From Xanthobacteraceae bacterium (GTDB lineage: Bacteria > Pseudomonadota > Alphaproteobacteria > Rhizobiales > Xanthobacteraceae), in contig JAMLIK010000001.1 in assembly GCA_023954195.1 (NCBI GenBank), positions 1,226,628-1,290,627 on the forward strand: DNA of 64,000 bases. The letters are read 5' to 3'. The notes beneath the pieces were generated by a model. The model made no database searches, was not told the DNA's origin, and saw nothing but the letters and a program-made list of their open reading frames with translations. Both the position numbers and the translations under genes were made by a program. This document shows, piece by piece, positions 25,922 to 35,726 of this stretch; within the stretch, counting starts at the first letter, position 1, and each line of letters begins with the position of its first letter.

Positions 25922-28270
25922 TTACGGTGAAGTCCCGTCGCCCCCCGCACGCGGCTGTCCTGCCTCCTGAATGGCTTGCCAGATCTTGACCGGCGTCAGC
26001 GGCGTGTCGAGCGCGGTGATGCCGAGCGGCGCCAGCGCGTCCATCACCCCGTTGACGATGCAGGGCGGGCCGCCGATCGCGCCGGATTCGCCGCAGCCCT
26101 TGGCGCCGAGCGGATTGGTCCGGCACGGCGCGGAATCGTCCAGCGTCACCGCGATCGGCGGAACGTCACTGGCGCGCGGAATGCAATAGTCCTGATAGCT
26201 CGCGGTGAGCAACTGGCCGTCCGGGTCATAGGCGACGGTTTCGTACAGCGCCTGACCGATGCCCTGCGCGACACCGCCATGCACCTGCCCGGCGACCAGC
26301 ATCGGATTCACCGCGACGCCGACATCGTCGACCGTCGCATAGCGCGCCACGCGGGTCATGCCGGTCTCCGGATCAATTTCCACCTCGCAGATGTGCACGC
26401 CGTTCGGCCAGCTCGGCCCGTCGACTTCGCCGGTGCTGTCAACGCTGAGCCGCGCGTTCTGTTCCGCCTTGGCGATCTCGAACAAGCCGATGCGGCGGTC
26501 GGTGCCCACCACCGTCAGCCAGCCGTCGGCGTATTCGATGTCCCCGACCGCGGCTTCCAGGCGATGCGACGCCTTCTCGCGCGCCTTGGCGATCAGCTCC
26601 GCCGACGAGACCGCGACCGCGGTGCCGCCGACGAACAGCGAGCGCGAGCCGACGCTGCCAAAACCTTGCGCCAGATCGGTGTCGCCCTGCACCACGTCGA
26701 TCTTGTCGAGCGGGATGCCGAGCGCGGCCGCGATCATCTGCGAATAGCTGGTCTCCAGCCCCTGCCCCATCGCCTGGGTGCCGGAATGCAGCACGACGCG
26801 CCCATCGGCGGTGGCGTGCAGGCTGACCTTTTCGCTATGGGCGCGGCCGCCGGTCCATTCGATGTAGCTGGTCAGGCCGCGGCCGTAGAGCAGCCCCTTC
26901 TTCCGCGCGGCCTTTTTGCGCGCGGCGAAGCCATCCCAATCGGCCTGGTCCGAGGCGCGGTCGAGCATGTGCGCGAAGGCGCCGCTGTCGTAAACCTGCC
27001 CGACGGCGTTGGTGTAGGGCAGTTGGTCCGGCTTGATGAAGTTGACCTTGCGGATCTGGCGCGGGTCCATGTTGAGTTGCCGCGCCGCAGCGTCCATCAA
27101 CCGCTCGACCACGAACACCGCCTCCGGCCGGCCCGCGCCGCGATAGGCGCCGACCGGCGCGGTGTTGGTCATCACCGCCTTGACGTCGAAATGCACCAGC
27201 GGAAGATCGTAGACGCCGGTGGCCACGAACGGCCCCAGCACCAGCGGAATCAGCACCCCTGCGCCAGCGAGGCACGCCCCGGTGCCGCCGATCGAGCGCA
27301 CCCGATAGGCCAGCACGCGCCCGCGCGCGTTCAGCGCGAACTCCGCCGTGGAGGTCAGGTCGCGGCCATGGGTGCCGCCGACGAATTCGTCGGTGCGGTC
27401 GCCGCGCCAGCGCACCTTGCGGCCAAGTTTCACCGCCGCGTAGGCGACGAGGCCGTCCTCCGGGTAAAGCCCGGTCTTCTGCCCGAAGCCGCCGCCCATG
27501 TCGCCGACCTTGACATGGATGCTCTCCTTCGGCCGCTTCAGGATGGCGTCGGCGAGAATGTCGCGCGTCGAGGTCGGCGTCTGCGACTGCACGTGCAGGA
27601 TCAGCCGGCCCGACGATTTCTCGATCTCGGCGATGACGCCGCGCGGCTCCATCGCCGACGGCACCAGCCGCTGGCTTGCGACATCGAGCGTCACGACATG
27701 CTTCGCCGTCGCGAAAGCCTTCTCGACCTTGGCGGCGTCGCCGTAGCTCATCGCCGCGACGATGTTGTCCGGCGCCTCCTGCCAGGCGCGCGGCGCGTCC
27801 GGCGCTAAGGCTGCGACCGGATCGACTACCGCCGGCAGTACCTCATAATCGACCGCAATGGCTTCCATTGCCAGCCGCGCCGCGTCCGGCGTCGCCGCGA
27901 CCACCGCCGCCACTCCCTCGCCGGTGAAGCGAACCACCCCATGCGCCAGCAGGCGGCGCGGGGGCAGCAGCATCGCCGAGCCGTCGGGCCGCTTAAAGAT
28001 CGGCAGCGTCGGAATCTCGCCGACATCGTCGGCGACCAGATCCGCGCCGGTGAAGACGGCCTCGACGCCGGGCATCGCCCGCGCCGCCTCGGCATCGATC
28101 GACACGATGCGGGCATGGGCGTGCGGCGAGCGCAGCAGCACCAGCCACAGCGCGCCGTCCGCCGGCTTGTCGTCGAGATACTTGCCGGCCCCGGTCAAAA
28201 GGCGGTGGTCCTCAAGCCGCTTGACCGGCTGGCCGGCGCCGAAACGCATGTTGGCGGGCAGAATGTTCAT
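25922..28270 (-). CDS. Molybdopterin hydroxylase large subunit (xanthine dehydrogenase / CoxL form-II-like family)
   Basis: 782 aa. N-terminal GQPVKRLEDHRLLTGAGKYLDD. Active-site loop VGAYRGAGRPEA is the AYRGAGR type, not the CODH form-I AYRCSFR type. No FeS (CoxS) or FAD (CoxM) subunit gene is adjacent. Confidence 0.8.
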   Translation of the reverse strand: MNILPANMRFGAGQPVKRLEDHRLLTGAGKYLDDKPADGALWLVLLRSPHAHARIVSIDAEAARAMPGVEAVFTGADLVADDVGEIPTLPIFKRPDGSAMLLPPRRLLAHGVVRFTGEGVAAVVAATPDAARLAMEAIAVDYEVLPAVVDPVAALAPDAPRAWQEAPDNIVAAMSYGDAAKVEKAFATAKHVVTLDVASQRLVPSAMEPRGVIAEIEKSSGRLILHVQSQTPTSTRDILADAILKRPKESIHVKVGDMGGGFGQKTGLYPEDGLVAYAAVKLGRKVRWRGDRTDEFVGGTHGRDLTSTAEFALNARGRVLAYRVRSIGGTGACLAGAGVLIPLVLGPFVATGVYDLPLVHFDVKAVMTNTAPVGAYRGAGRPEAVFVVERLMDAAARQLNMDPRQIRKVNFIKPDQLPYTNAVGQVYDSGAFAHMLDRASDQADWDGFAARKKAARKKGLLYGRGLTSYIEWTGGRAHSEKVSLHATADGRVVLHSGTQAMGQGLETSYSQMIAAALGIPLDKIDVVQGDTDLAQGFGSVGSRSLFVGGTAVAVSSAELIAKAREKASHRLEAAVGDIEYADGWLTVVGTDRRIGLFEIAKAEQNARLSVDSTGEVDGPSWPNGVHICEVEIDPETGMTRVARYATVDDVGVAVNPMLVAGQVHGGVAQGIGQALYETVAYDPDGQLLTASYQDYCIPRASDVPPIAVTLDDSAPCRTNPLGAKGCGESGAIGGPPCIVNGVMDALAPLGITALDTPLTPVKIWQAIQEAGQPRAGGDGTSP

Positions 28271-28289
28271 GCCAATAAACCTTCAAACA

Positions 28290-29177
28290 CTACGCGATGT
28301 CGGATAGCACGGCTTCGATCACCTTGCGCTCCTCGGCCGAGAGCGGCGATTGCGGCGGGATCGGATCACCGACGTCATAACCCTGGATGTGTAAGCCGGC
28401 CTTGATGCAGGCGGCGAGGTTGTATTTCGCGAACGCCTCGTTGAGCCGCCACATCCGGCGCTGCAACGGCAGCGCCTCGTCCCAGCGTCCCGCCTTGCAA
28501 AGCTCGTACAGCCTGACGCTGTCGCGCGGCGCGACGCAGGCCGGTCCCGCCATCCAGCCGCGCCCGCCGATCAGCATCACCGCCGCCGGGATATGCGCCG
28601 AGGCGGCGAACACATCCAGCCTGTCGCCGCAGCGATTCATGATCGACAGCAGGCGGCCGGTGTTGGTGGATGCGTCCTTGATGGCGACGATGCGCGGATG
28701 TTCGGCAAGGCGCGCGATGACGTCGAGCGTCAGGTCGGAACGCTGGAAGTTCGGATTGGTGTAGATCACCACCGGAATATCGACCGCGTCGGCAATGGCG
28801 CGGAAATAGGCTTCGACCTGCGCGTCCTTGAGCGGGAAATAGGCTTCGAGAATGGCGAGGATGCCGTCGGCGCCCATCTGCTGATAAGCGCGCGCCTGCG
28901 CCACGGCGTCGGCCACCGCCGTCGAGGCGACGCCGACGATCACCGGCACGCGGCCGCCCGCCGCCTCGATGGCGGCGCGCGCCACGGTGGCGCGCTGCTT
29001 GCCGTCGAGATAGGCGAATTCGCCGGTCGAGCCGAGCGGCGTCAAGCCGTGGACGCCGGCTTTGACGAGATCGTCGCACAGCCGCCCCAGCACCTCGGCG
29101 CGGACAGCGCCGGCGGCGTCGACGGGCGAGACGAGATAAGGGAAAACGCCGTGAAACGGACAGGGCTGGCCGGTCAT
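28290..29177 (-). CDS. DapA/NAL-family class I aldolase-type lyase (dihydrodipicolinate synthase family)
   Basis: 295 aa. [10 protein letters not shown] motif and Schiff-base lysine context IVAIKDAS. Start is 1 nt after the metB stop (TGAcATG). Confidence 0.8.
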   Translation of the reverse strand: MTGQPCPFHGVFPYLVSPVDAAGAVRAEVLGRLCDDLVKAGVHGLTPLGSTGEFAYLDGKQRATVARAAIEAAGGRVPVIVGVASTAVADAVAQARAYQQMGADGILAILEAYFPLKDAQVEAYFRAIADAVDIPVVIYTNPNFQRSDLTLDVIARLAEHPRIVAIKDASTNTGRLLSIMNRCGDRLDVFAASAHIPAAVMLIGGRGWMAGPACVAPRDSVRLYELCKAGRWDEALPLQRRMWRLNEAFAKYNLAACIKAGLHIQGYDVGDPIPPQSPLSAEERKVIEAVLSDIA

Positions 29178-29178
29178 G

Positions 29179-30366
29179 TCATCGGCCTCGCGCCGCCGCG
29201 AAGCCGGCCTCCAGCCCGGCGATCAGATCGGCCTCCGCCTCCATCCCCACCGACAGCCGCAGCAAGCTGTCGTCGATGCCGGCGACACGCCGCGCCTCCG
29301 CGCCCATCTTCACATGGGTCATCGTGGCGGGATGGGCGATCAGGCTTTCGACGCCCCCGAGCGATTCCGCCAGCGTGAACACCTCGACCGCCTCGACAAA
29401 GGCCCGCACCGCCTCGGTGCCGCCGTCGATCTCGAAGCTCAGCATCGCGCCGAACCCGGCTTGCTGCGCCTTGGCGATATCATGGCCCGGATGCGACGGC
29501 AGGCCGGGATAATACACCGCCCGCACCTGGCGGTGCGCTTTCAGAAACGCGGCGACGGCCCCGGCATTGGCCTGTTGGCGCTCGACGCGGGCGAACAGCG
29601 TGCGCACGCCGCGCAGCGTCATGTAGGAATCGAACGGCGCGCCGGTGACGCCGACGGTGTTGACCCAATCCGCCAGCGCCTCGACGTCGTCCTTGGCGGC
29701 GGCGATCACCGCGCCGCCGACCACGTCGGAATGGCCGTTGAGAAATTTGGTGGTGGAATGCACGACAAAATCCGCACCGAGTTGGATCGGCCGCTGCAAT
29801 GCTGGCGACAGGAAGGTGTTGTCCACCGCCACCTTTGCCCCGACCCGCTTCGCGGCCGCCACCACCGCCTTGACGTCGGTGATGCGCATCAGCGGATTGC
29901 TCGGCGTCTCGACCAGGATCAGCGCCGGCTTGCGCGCCATCGCCGCCGCCAGCGCTTGCGCATCATGGAAATCGACCAGCGCCAGTTCGATCTGCCCGCA
30001 TTGCACCCGCGCCGCGAGCAGGCGATGGGTGCCGCCATAGCAATCATGCGGGGCAATCACCAGCCCACCGCGCGGCGCGCGCGACAGCACCACGTCGATC
30101 GCCGCCATGCCCGAGCACACCACCACCGCGCCGGCCCCGCCTTCGAGCTTGGCCAAGGTATCGGCCAGCAGGTCGCGGCTCGGATTGGCGGTGCGCGTGT
30201 AATCGTAAGGGCCCGCCTTTTCATAGGCGGGGAAGGCGAAGGTGCTCGACAGATAGATCGGCGGCGTCACCGAGCGGTAGGCGGGATCGGTCGCGATGCC
30301 GTTGGCGACGGCCACGGTGTGAGGGTCCCTGGGTTTCGGCATCGTCATCGGTCCTGATTTCGACAT
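29179..30366 (-). CDS. metB: Cystathionine gamma-synthase (PLP-dependent, Cys/Met metabolism family)
   Basis: 395 aa. Colinear by eye with E. coli MetB (PPIYLSSTF...RTANPSRD...LEGGAGAVV...APHDCYGGT...[11 protein letters not shown]...[13 protein letters not shown]...[13 protein letters not shown]). Confidence 0.8.
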   Translation of the reverse strand: MSKSGPMTMPKPRDPHTVAVANGIATDPAYRSVTPPIYLSSTFAFPAYEKAGPYDYTRTANPSRDLLADTLAKLEGGAGAVVVCSGMAAIDVVLSRAPRGGLVIAPHDCYGGTHRLLAARVQCGQIELALVDFHDAQALAAAMARKPALILVETPSNPLMRITDVKAVVAAAKRVGAKVAVDNTFLSPALQRPIQLGADFVVHSTTKFLNGHSDVVGGAVIAAAKDDVEALADWVNTVGVTGAPFDSYMTLRGVRTLFARVERQQANAGAVAAFLKAHRQVRAVYYPGLPSHPGHDIAKAQQAGFGAMLSFEIDGGTEAVRAFVEAVEVFTLAESLGGVESLIAHPATMTHVKMGAEARRVAGIDDSLLRLSVGMEAEADLIAGLEAGFAAARGR

Positions 30367-30506
30367 AGCAAAGCGCCCGCGCGGCGGGTCCGCGCCGCCT
30401 CTGTAAAGGCTTTCGCGGATAAAGGAAACCGGGCGCGGGGCATGGGCGGCGGAACCCGGCCGCCGATGCCGGCCGGGACAGGTCCGTCCGGTCGCTGGCC
30501 GGGCGT

Positions 30507-32237
30507 TCAGTCGTTGAAATGCCGACCCTCGGCGACCGCCGCGACATAACCGGCGCGAATGGCGAAATCCCCGAAATGCTCGTCCGGCCGCCGCGCGCGG
30601 GCGAAATGGCCCAGGACTTTTTCCAGTGCGTCGAGGATCGCCGGCTCGCCGACGTTTTCGAGATACATCCTGTTGAGCCGCTGGCCGTGGAAACCGCCGC
30701 CGAAATAGAGATTGTACTTGCCCGGCGCGCGGCCGGTGAGCGCGATCTCGGCGATGTAGGGCCGCGCGCAGCCGTTGGGGCAGCCGGTCATGCGGATGGT
30801 GATCGGCACCTCGCGCAGGCCGTGCGCGTCGAGGATCGGCTCGATCTTCGACAGCAGTTCCGGCAGGTAACGCTCGCTCTCGGCCATCGCGAGGCCGCAG
30901 GTCGGCAGCGCCACGCAGGCCATGGAATTGAGCCGCAGCGCGCTGCCGACGTTCAAGTCGGCCAGGCCATATTCATCGAGCAATCTGGCGATCGCGAGCC
31001 GATCCTCCGGCGCGATCTCGGCGATGGTCAGGCTCTGGTTCGGCGTGACGCGGAACGTTCCCTTGTGCACCTGCGCGATGGCGCGCAGGCCGTCCATCAG
31101 CCGCAGCTCCGGGGTGTTGATGACGCGGCCGTTCTCGATGAACAGCGTGTAGTGATGGCGGCCGTCGTCGCCCTCGGTCCAGCCTAGCGGATCGCCGTTC
31201 GAGGTGAACGTGAACGGCTTCGCGGGCGCCAGCGGCTCGCCGAGGCGGCGCTCGATCTCGGCCTTGATCCAGTCCAGCCCCTTGTCGTCGATGGTGTACT
31301 TGAAGCGAGCATGCAGCCGGTCGACCCGGTCGCCGTAGTCGCGCTGCACCGACATCACCGCGTCGATGGTCGCGATCAAGCGATCGAGCGGAATGAAGCC
31401 GATCACGTCGGCGAGGCGCGGATAGGTTTGCGGCGCCTGATCGGTGCGCCCCATGCCGCCGCCGATGGCGACGTTGAAACCCTTGAGCTTGCCGCGCGCG
31501 ACGATGGCGATGAAGCCGAGATCCTGCGCATAGACGTCGATGTCATTGCTCGGCGGAATCACGAAGCCGATCTTGAACTTGCGCGGCATATAGGTGCGCC
31601 CGTAGAACGGTTCCTCGGGCTTTTTCACCTCGCCTGCTTCCTGCTGATACCAGATTTCGTCGTAAGCGCCGGTCTTCGGGATCGCGTGATCGCTGGCCTG
31701 CTTCGCCAGCGCGTAAACTTCGGCGTGGATCTTCGACAAATGCGGATTGATCGACGCCATCACGCCACGGGTATCGTCGCCGCAGGCGGCGCGGGTATCC
31801 AGCAGCACCTCGCGCAGGCCCTGCATCAGCGTCCGCAGATCGGTCTTCAGGATGCGGTGAAACTGAAACGTCTGCCGCGTCGTCAGCCGCAGCGTCTCGC
31901 CGGCATAGTCGCGCGCCAGCGCGTCGAGCTTGAGCCACTGGCCCGCGCTCAGCACGCCGCCCGGCAACCGCACCCGCGCCATGAAACTGAATGCGGCCTC
32001 CAGCTTCTGGCGCCGCCGCTCGTCGCGAATGTCGCGGTCGTCCTGCTGATAGATGCCGTGAAACTTCATCAGCTTGGTATCGCCGGCGGTGACCGCGCCG
32101 GTGATCGGATCGAGCAGGCTGTCGTCGATGGTGCCGCGCAACTGCCGGCTGTTGGCCTTCAGCGTCTCGTCGGGGCCGAGCTTGTCCAGCGGCTGTGACA
32201 GATCGCGGCTGCGATCCGGCGTCGTTGCATCGGTCAT
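30507..32237 (-). CDS. cysI: Assimilatory sulfite reductase hemoprotein beta subunit
   Basis: ATG at 32237, 11 nt after the cysJ stop; the track ORF from 32468 is an extension into cysJ. KFHGIYQQDDRD and the siroheme/4Fe-4S Cys cluster (MACVALPTCGLAMAE...TGCPNGCARP). Confidence 0.9.
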   Translation of the reverse strand: MTDATTPDRSRDLSQPLDKLGPDETLKANSRQLRGTIDDSLLDPITGAVTAGDTKLMKFHGIYQQDDRDIRDERRRQKLEAAFSFMARVRLPGGVLSAGQWLKLDALARDYAGETLRLTTRQTFQFHRILKTDLRTLMQGLREVLLDTRAACGDDTRGVMASINPHLSKIHAEVYALAKQASDHAIPKTGAYDEIWYQQEAGEVKKPEEPFYGRTYMPRKFKIGFVIPPSNDIDVYAQDLGFIAIVARGKLKGFNVAIGGGMGRTDQAPQTYPRLADVIGFIPLDRLIATIDAVMSVQRDYGDRVDRLHARFKYTIDDKGLDWIKAEIERRLGEPLAPAKPFTFTSNGDPLGWTEGDDGRHHYTLFIENGRVINTPELRLMDGLRAIAQVHKGTFRVTPNQSLTIAEIAPEDRLAIARLLDEYGLADLNVGSALRLNSMACVALPTCGLAMAESERYLPELLSKIEPILDAHGLREVPITIRMTGCPNGCARPYIAEIALTGRAPGKYNLYFGGGFHGQRLNRMYLENVGEPAILDALEKVLGHFARARRPDEHFGDFAIRAGYVAAVAEGRHFND

Positions 32238-32247
32238 GTTCGGCGCC

Positions 32248-34074
32248 TCAGTAAACGTCGCGCTGGTAGCGGTGATCGCGCTGCAACGCCGCCAGATACT
32301 CGGCGGCGGCGGCGGCGTCGCATCCGCTCTCCGCCGCGACGATCTCGCGCAGCGCCGCGTCGGCATCCGGCGCGAGATGCGCGGCGTCGCCGCAGACGTA
32401 GACGTGCGCGCCCTCCTCCAGCCAGGCATAGACGTCGCGGCTATTCTGGCGCAGCCGGTCCTGCACATAGGCTTTCGGCGTGCGGTCGCGCGAGAAGGCG
32501 ACGTCCATCCGGGTCAGCACCTTGTCCTTCAGCAGGCTCTGCCATTCGGTTTGATAGAGGAAGTCACTGCGGAAATTGCGCTCGCCGAACACCAGCCACG
32601 AACGTCCGTTGGCTCCGCGCGCCTCGCGCTCCTGCATGAAGGCGCGATAGGGCGCGATCCCGGTGCCGGCGCCGATCATCAGGATCGCGGCGTCGTCCGG
32701 CGGCAAGCGGAAATGCGGATTGCTCTGGATGTAGACCGGCACCAAGGCGCCCGGCGCGGCGCGCTTCGCCAGAAAGCCCGAGGCGACGCCGGCGCGCGGC
32801 TGCCCGTCGAGATCGTAACGCACCGTGCCGACGGTGAGATGAACCTCGTCCGACGCGGCCGCCAGGCTTGAGGAAATCGAATAGAGCCGCGGCTGCATGG
32901 GCCGGAGCCCGCGCAGCAGCGTCGCCGCATCGACGCCGCTCACTGGAAACCGGCGGATGACATCGACGACATGGTGGGCGCGCATGAAGGCCGCGCGCGC
33001 TTCCGCCCGATCCGGCCCGCGCAGCGCCGCGAGCGCCGCAGCCCCGCTCAGTTCCGCCCAGTGATCGATGAAGCGCGGCGTCACCGCGCTGACCTCGAAC
33101 GCCGACGACAGCGCCTCTCCGAGCGTCGACGGCTTCTGCCTGACGACAACCGACGCGTCGGCCGCAAGTTTGACGGAGTCCAGCACGGTATCGACCACCG
33201 CCGGATCGTTGCGCGGCACCACGCCGAGCGCGTCGCCCGGCTCGTAGCGCAGTCCCGAGCCCTCCAGCGAGAACTCGATGTGGCGGGTTTCCTTGCTCGA
33301 TCCGCGCCCGCTCAGCACGACATTGTCGATGACGGTGGCCGGAAACGGATTCTGCTTGTCGAACGCGGCGGCGACCGGCTCGGCGACGACCGCGTTCACG
33401 CGCGCGGGTTCGGATCGTTTCGCCGCCAGCCGCGCCACCACGGCTTCGATCCAGGCCGGCGCGGCTTCCTCGAAATCGACGTCGCAATCGACGCGCGGCT
33501 CAAGCCGGCTCGCGCCGAGTTCTTCGAGACGGCGGTCGATCCGCTTGCCGCCCTCGCAATATTTCTCGTAGGTCGAATCGCCCAGCGCCAGCACCGCGAA
33601 GCGCAAATCGGGCAACTTCGGCGCCTTGTGGCCTTCGAGGAATTCGAAGAACCCCACGGCGGATTGCGGCGGGTCACCCTCGCCGTGGGTGCTGGTGATG
33701 ACCAGCAAATCCTGCTCGTCCTTCAGCCTGCGAATCTTGTAGTCGGCCATGTCCGACACCGCCGCGACGATGCCCTGCTGCTTGGCGGCGGCGGCAAGCG
33801 TGGTGGCGAGGCCACGACTATTGCCGGTCTCGGTGCCGTAGAGAATGGCGAGGGATCGCGTCTTGGCGGCCGGGACCGGCGCCGGATCCGGCGGAGCGCG
33901 GTCGAGCACGGCAACCTGATCGGAAGCGCCGGCCCCGCGCGCGGCCGACCCCACCCCCGCGAAGTAGCCGCTGAGCCACAACGCCTGCGCCGGCTGCAAC
34001 GAGACCGCGAGGTCGTTGATCCGTTCCCATTGGTCGTTGCTCAGGCCAGGGCCAAAGAATTCCATTTTGGTCAT
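32248..34074 (-). CDS. cysJ: Sulfite reductase flavoprotein alpha subunit
   Basis: ATG at 34074; the track start at 34083 is TTG. N-terminal oligomerisation segment like E. coli CysJ (LQPAQALWLSGYFAG), flavodoxin domain (ILYGTETGNSRGLA) and FAD/NADPH domain ending RYQRDVY. Confidence 0.9.
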   Translation of the reverse strand: MTKMEFFGPGLSNDQWERINDLAVSLQPAQALWLSGYFAGVGSAARGAGASDQVAVLDRAPPDPAPVPAAKTRSLAILYGTETGNSRGLATTLAAAAKQQGIVAAVSDMADYKIRRLKDEQDLLVITSTHGEGDPPQSAVGFFEFLEGHKAPKLPDLRFAVLALGDSTYEKYCEGGKRIDRRLEELGASRLEPRVDCDVDFEEAAPAWIEAVVARLAAKRSEPARVNAVVAEPVAAAFDKQNPFPATVIDNVVLSGRGSSKETRHIEFSLEGSGLRYEPGDALGVVPRNDPAVVDTVLDSVKLAADASVVVRQKPSTLGEALSSAFEVSAVTPRFIDHWAELSGAAALAALRGPDRAEARAAFMRAHHVVDVIRRFPVSGVDAATLLRGLRPMQPRLYSISSSLAAASDEVHLTVGTVRYDLDGQPRAGVASGFLAKRAAPGALVPVYIQSNPHFRLPPDDAAILMIGAGTGIAPYRAFMQEREARGANGRSWLVFGERNFRSDFLYQTEWQSLLKDKVLTRMDVAFSRDRTPKAYVQDRLRQNSRDVYAWLEEGAHVYVCGDAAHLAPDADAALREIVAAESGCDAAAAAEYLAALQRDHRYQRDVY

Positions 34075-34163
34075 CGCACGCAATCCCGGCGCCGTTAGCT
34101 CGTTTTCGCCGCTGTCGCGGATCGAACGGTGATGACCTCAAACTCAGCATTTTCTTCAGTAAA

Positions 34164-34178
34164 ATCAATGAGATTGAT
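34164..34178. promoter_or_regulatory. Perfect palindrome ATCAAT-GAG-ATTGAT in an AT-rich patch upstream of cysJ
   Basis: Read directly in aaaATCAATgagATTGATatttt. Lies about 90-105 nt upstream of the cysJ start. The binding protein is unknown. Confidence 0.4.
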
Positions 34179-34296
34179 ATTTTCCCGATGGCTCCGACGA
34201 CATTCGATTCGTTCTAGCGCGGAGCGCCGGCGGAGTGGAAATGTTGCGCACGTCCCGAAAACCGCCGTCCGCGGATGGCGCGCCTCCGCGCCCGCT

Positions 34297-35322
34297 TCAA
34301 CAATTCTGCTCGAAACCGCCCAGCGCGGCGGTGAGATTGACGCCGAGGACATCCGACAGGTAACCGCCTTCCTGCACGAGCACCGTCGGCAATCCCAGCG
34401 CGGCGATGGCCGCGCCGATGCGGTGGAAACCGTCGGTGGTGACGGCGAGGCCGGCCAGCGGATCATGCTCGGAGGCATCGAGCCCCAGCGCCACCACCAG
34501 CGCGCCCGGCGCGAACGCGGCGAGCGCGGCCTTGGCCCGCGCCAGCGCCGCGATGAAGCCGTCGTCGCCGGTGCCGAGCGGCAGCGGGATGTTGAGATTG
34601 GCGCCGCGTCCGGCGCCGGCGCCAATCTCGTGGGCATGGCCCCAGACGAACGGATAGAACCGCGCCGGATCGGCATGGATCGAGATCGTCAGCACATCGC
34701 CGCGCTGGTAGAAAATGCCTTGCGTGCCGTTGCCGTGATGGACGTCGACATCGAGGATCGCCACCCGCTCATGGGCCTGCCGCAGATGCGCGGCGGCGAT
34801 GGCGGAGTTGTTGAGAAAGCAGAACCCGCCCGCCATGTCGGCGAACGCATGATGTCCGGGCGGACGGCACAGCGCGTAGCTCGCCCGCTCGCCGTCCATC
34901 ACCAGTTGCGCGGCGGTAACCGCGACATCGGTGGCGGCGCAGGCGCCCGCCCAGGTGCCGGGACCGATCGGGCACGCGGTGTCGGCGGTGTGCCAGCCGA
35001 GCCGGCCGATGATGTGAGTGGGATAGGTCGCTCCATAGCGGACCGGATGAATGTTGGCGATCATCTCCGGGCCGCAATCACCCAACGCCACCCATTCGTC
35101 CCAGGCTCTGGCGAGAAACGAAAGATAATCCGCGCTGTGGACTCGCGCCCGCGGTCCCTGCCCGAACGCCTGCGGCGCGACCAGCGCATGGCCGCCGGCC
35201 TTGACGCCCGCGAGCAGACGGTCGGCGCGCTCCGGCTGCTCGGTGGTGCGCGTGACCACGCCGCGCACCAGGAAGAATTGCGGATCGTGGCTGCGGTGCG
35301 CTTCGCTGTAAACGGCTTTCAA
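34297..35322 (-). CDS. Zn-dependent histone-deacetylase-family amidohydrolase (acetylpolyamine/acetoin-utilisation type)
   Basis: TTG start at 35322, 5 nt after GGGAGG. Catalytic motifs RPPGHHA, DVDVHHGNGTQ and EGGY. Lies 55 nt downstream of the sqrR-like gene on the same strand. Confidence 0.8.
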   Translation of the reverse strand: MKAVYSEAHRSHDPQFFLVRGVVTRTTEQPERADRLLAGVKAGGHALVAPQAFGQGPRARVHSADYLSFLARAWDEWVALGDCGPEMIANIHPVRYGATYPTHIIGRLGWHTADTACPIGPGTWAGACAATDVAVTAAQLVMDGERASYALCRPPGHHAFADMAGGFCFLNNSAIAAAHLRQAHERVAILDVDVHHGNGTQGIFYQRGDVLTISIHADPARFYPFVWGHAHEIGAGAGRGANLNIPLPLGTGDDGFIAALARAKAALAAFAPGALVVALGLDASEHDPLAGLAVTTDGFHRIGAAIAALGLPTVLVQEGGYLSDVLGVNLTAALGGFEQNC

Positions 35323-35377
35323 GACGACCTCCCTGCCGACGGACGTCGTGATATTACGCCGAAATTGCCGCCTCGCG

Positions 35378-35716
35378 CTATTTTCGCGGCCGGCGCGGCG
35401 CGCACGAGCGCTTGCCTCCGCCTGGCGCGCAGAACGCCGCGTGCAACGCGCCGACAATGGACAGGATTTCCGGTCGAACGATCGAATAATGCACCGTGGT
35501 GCCTTCGCGGCGGGCCTCGACCAGCCCGTCCGAGCGCAGCCGCATCAATTGCTGCGACATCGGCACCTGCTCGATGTCGAGTTGCTGTCGCAACTCGGCG
35601 ACCGACTTTTCGCCGTCCACCAAGGCGCACAGCACCAGCAGGCGTTGCGGATGGGACAGGCTCCGCATCAGCGTCGCCGCCGACTCGGCGGCCGGGATCA
35701 TATCTTTTACATTCAT
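35378..35716 (-). CDS. sqrR: ArsR-family repressor of the BigR/SqrR persulfide-sensing type
   Basis: 112 aa from ATG at 35716. wHTH core (HPQRLLVLCALVDGEKSVAELRQQLDIEQVPMSQQLMRLRSDGLV). Cys30 and Cys96 are 66 residues apart, the same spacing as the BigR C42/C108 and SqrR C41/C107 pairs. Divergent from sqr. Confidence 0.75.
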   Translation of the reverse strand: MNVKDMIPAAESAATLMRSLSHPQRLLVLCALVDGEKSVAELRQQLDIEQVPMSQQLMRLRSDGLVEARREGTTVHYSIVRPEILSIVGALHAAFCAPGGGKRSCAPRRPRK

Positions 35717-35726
35717 GGACTTGAAT
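35711..35726. promoter_or_regulatory. ATTC-N8-GAAT palindrome (candidate SqrR-type operator) overlapping the sqrR-like start codon
   Basis: ATTCatggacttGAAT read directly, followed by further GAAT half-sites (GAATttataatatttGAAT) in the 172-bp AT-rich divergent region. Confidence 0.55.

Noticed and set aside
30367-30506. Possible SAM-II-type riboswitch in the metB leader; the minus-strand RNA contains GCGAAAGCC and GCGCUUUGCUAUG.
   Set aside because: I could not reconstruct the SAM-II pseudoknot or triplex consensus by eye. The region is mostly generic GC-rich hairpins. A covariance-model scan (Rfam RF00521/RF01826) would decide.
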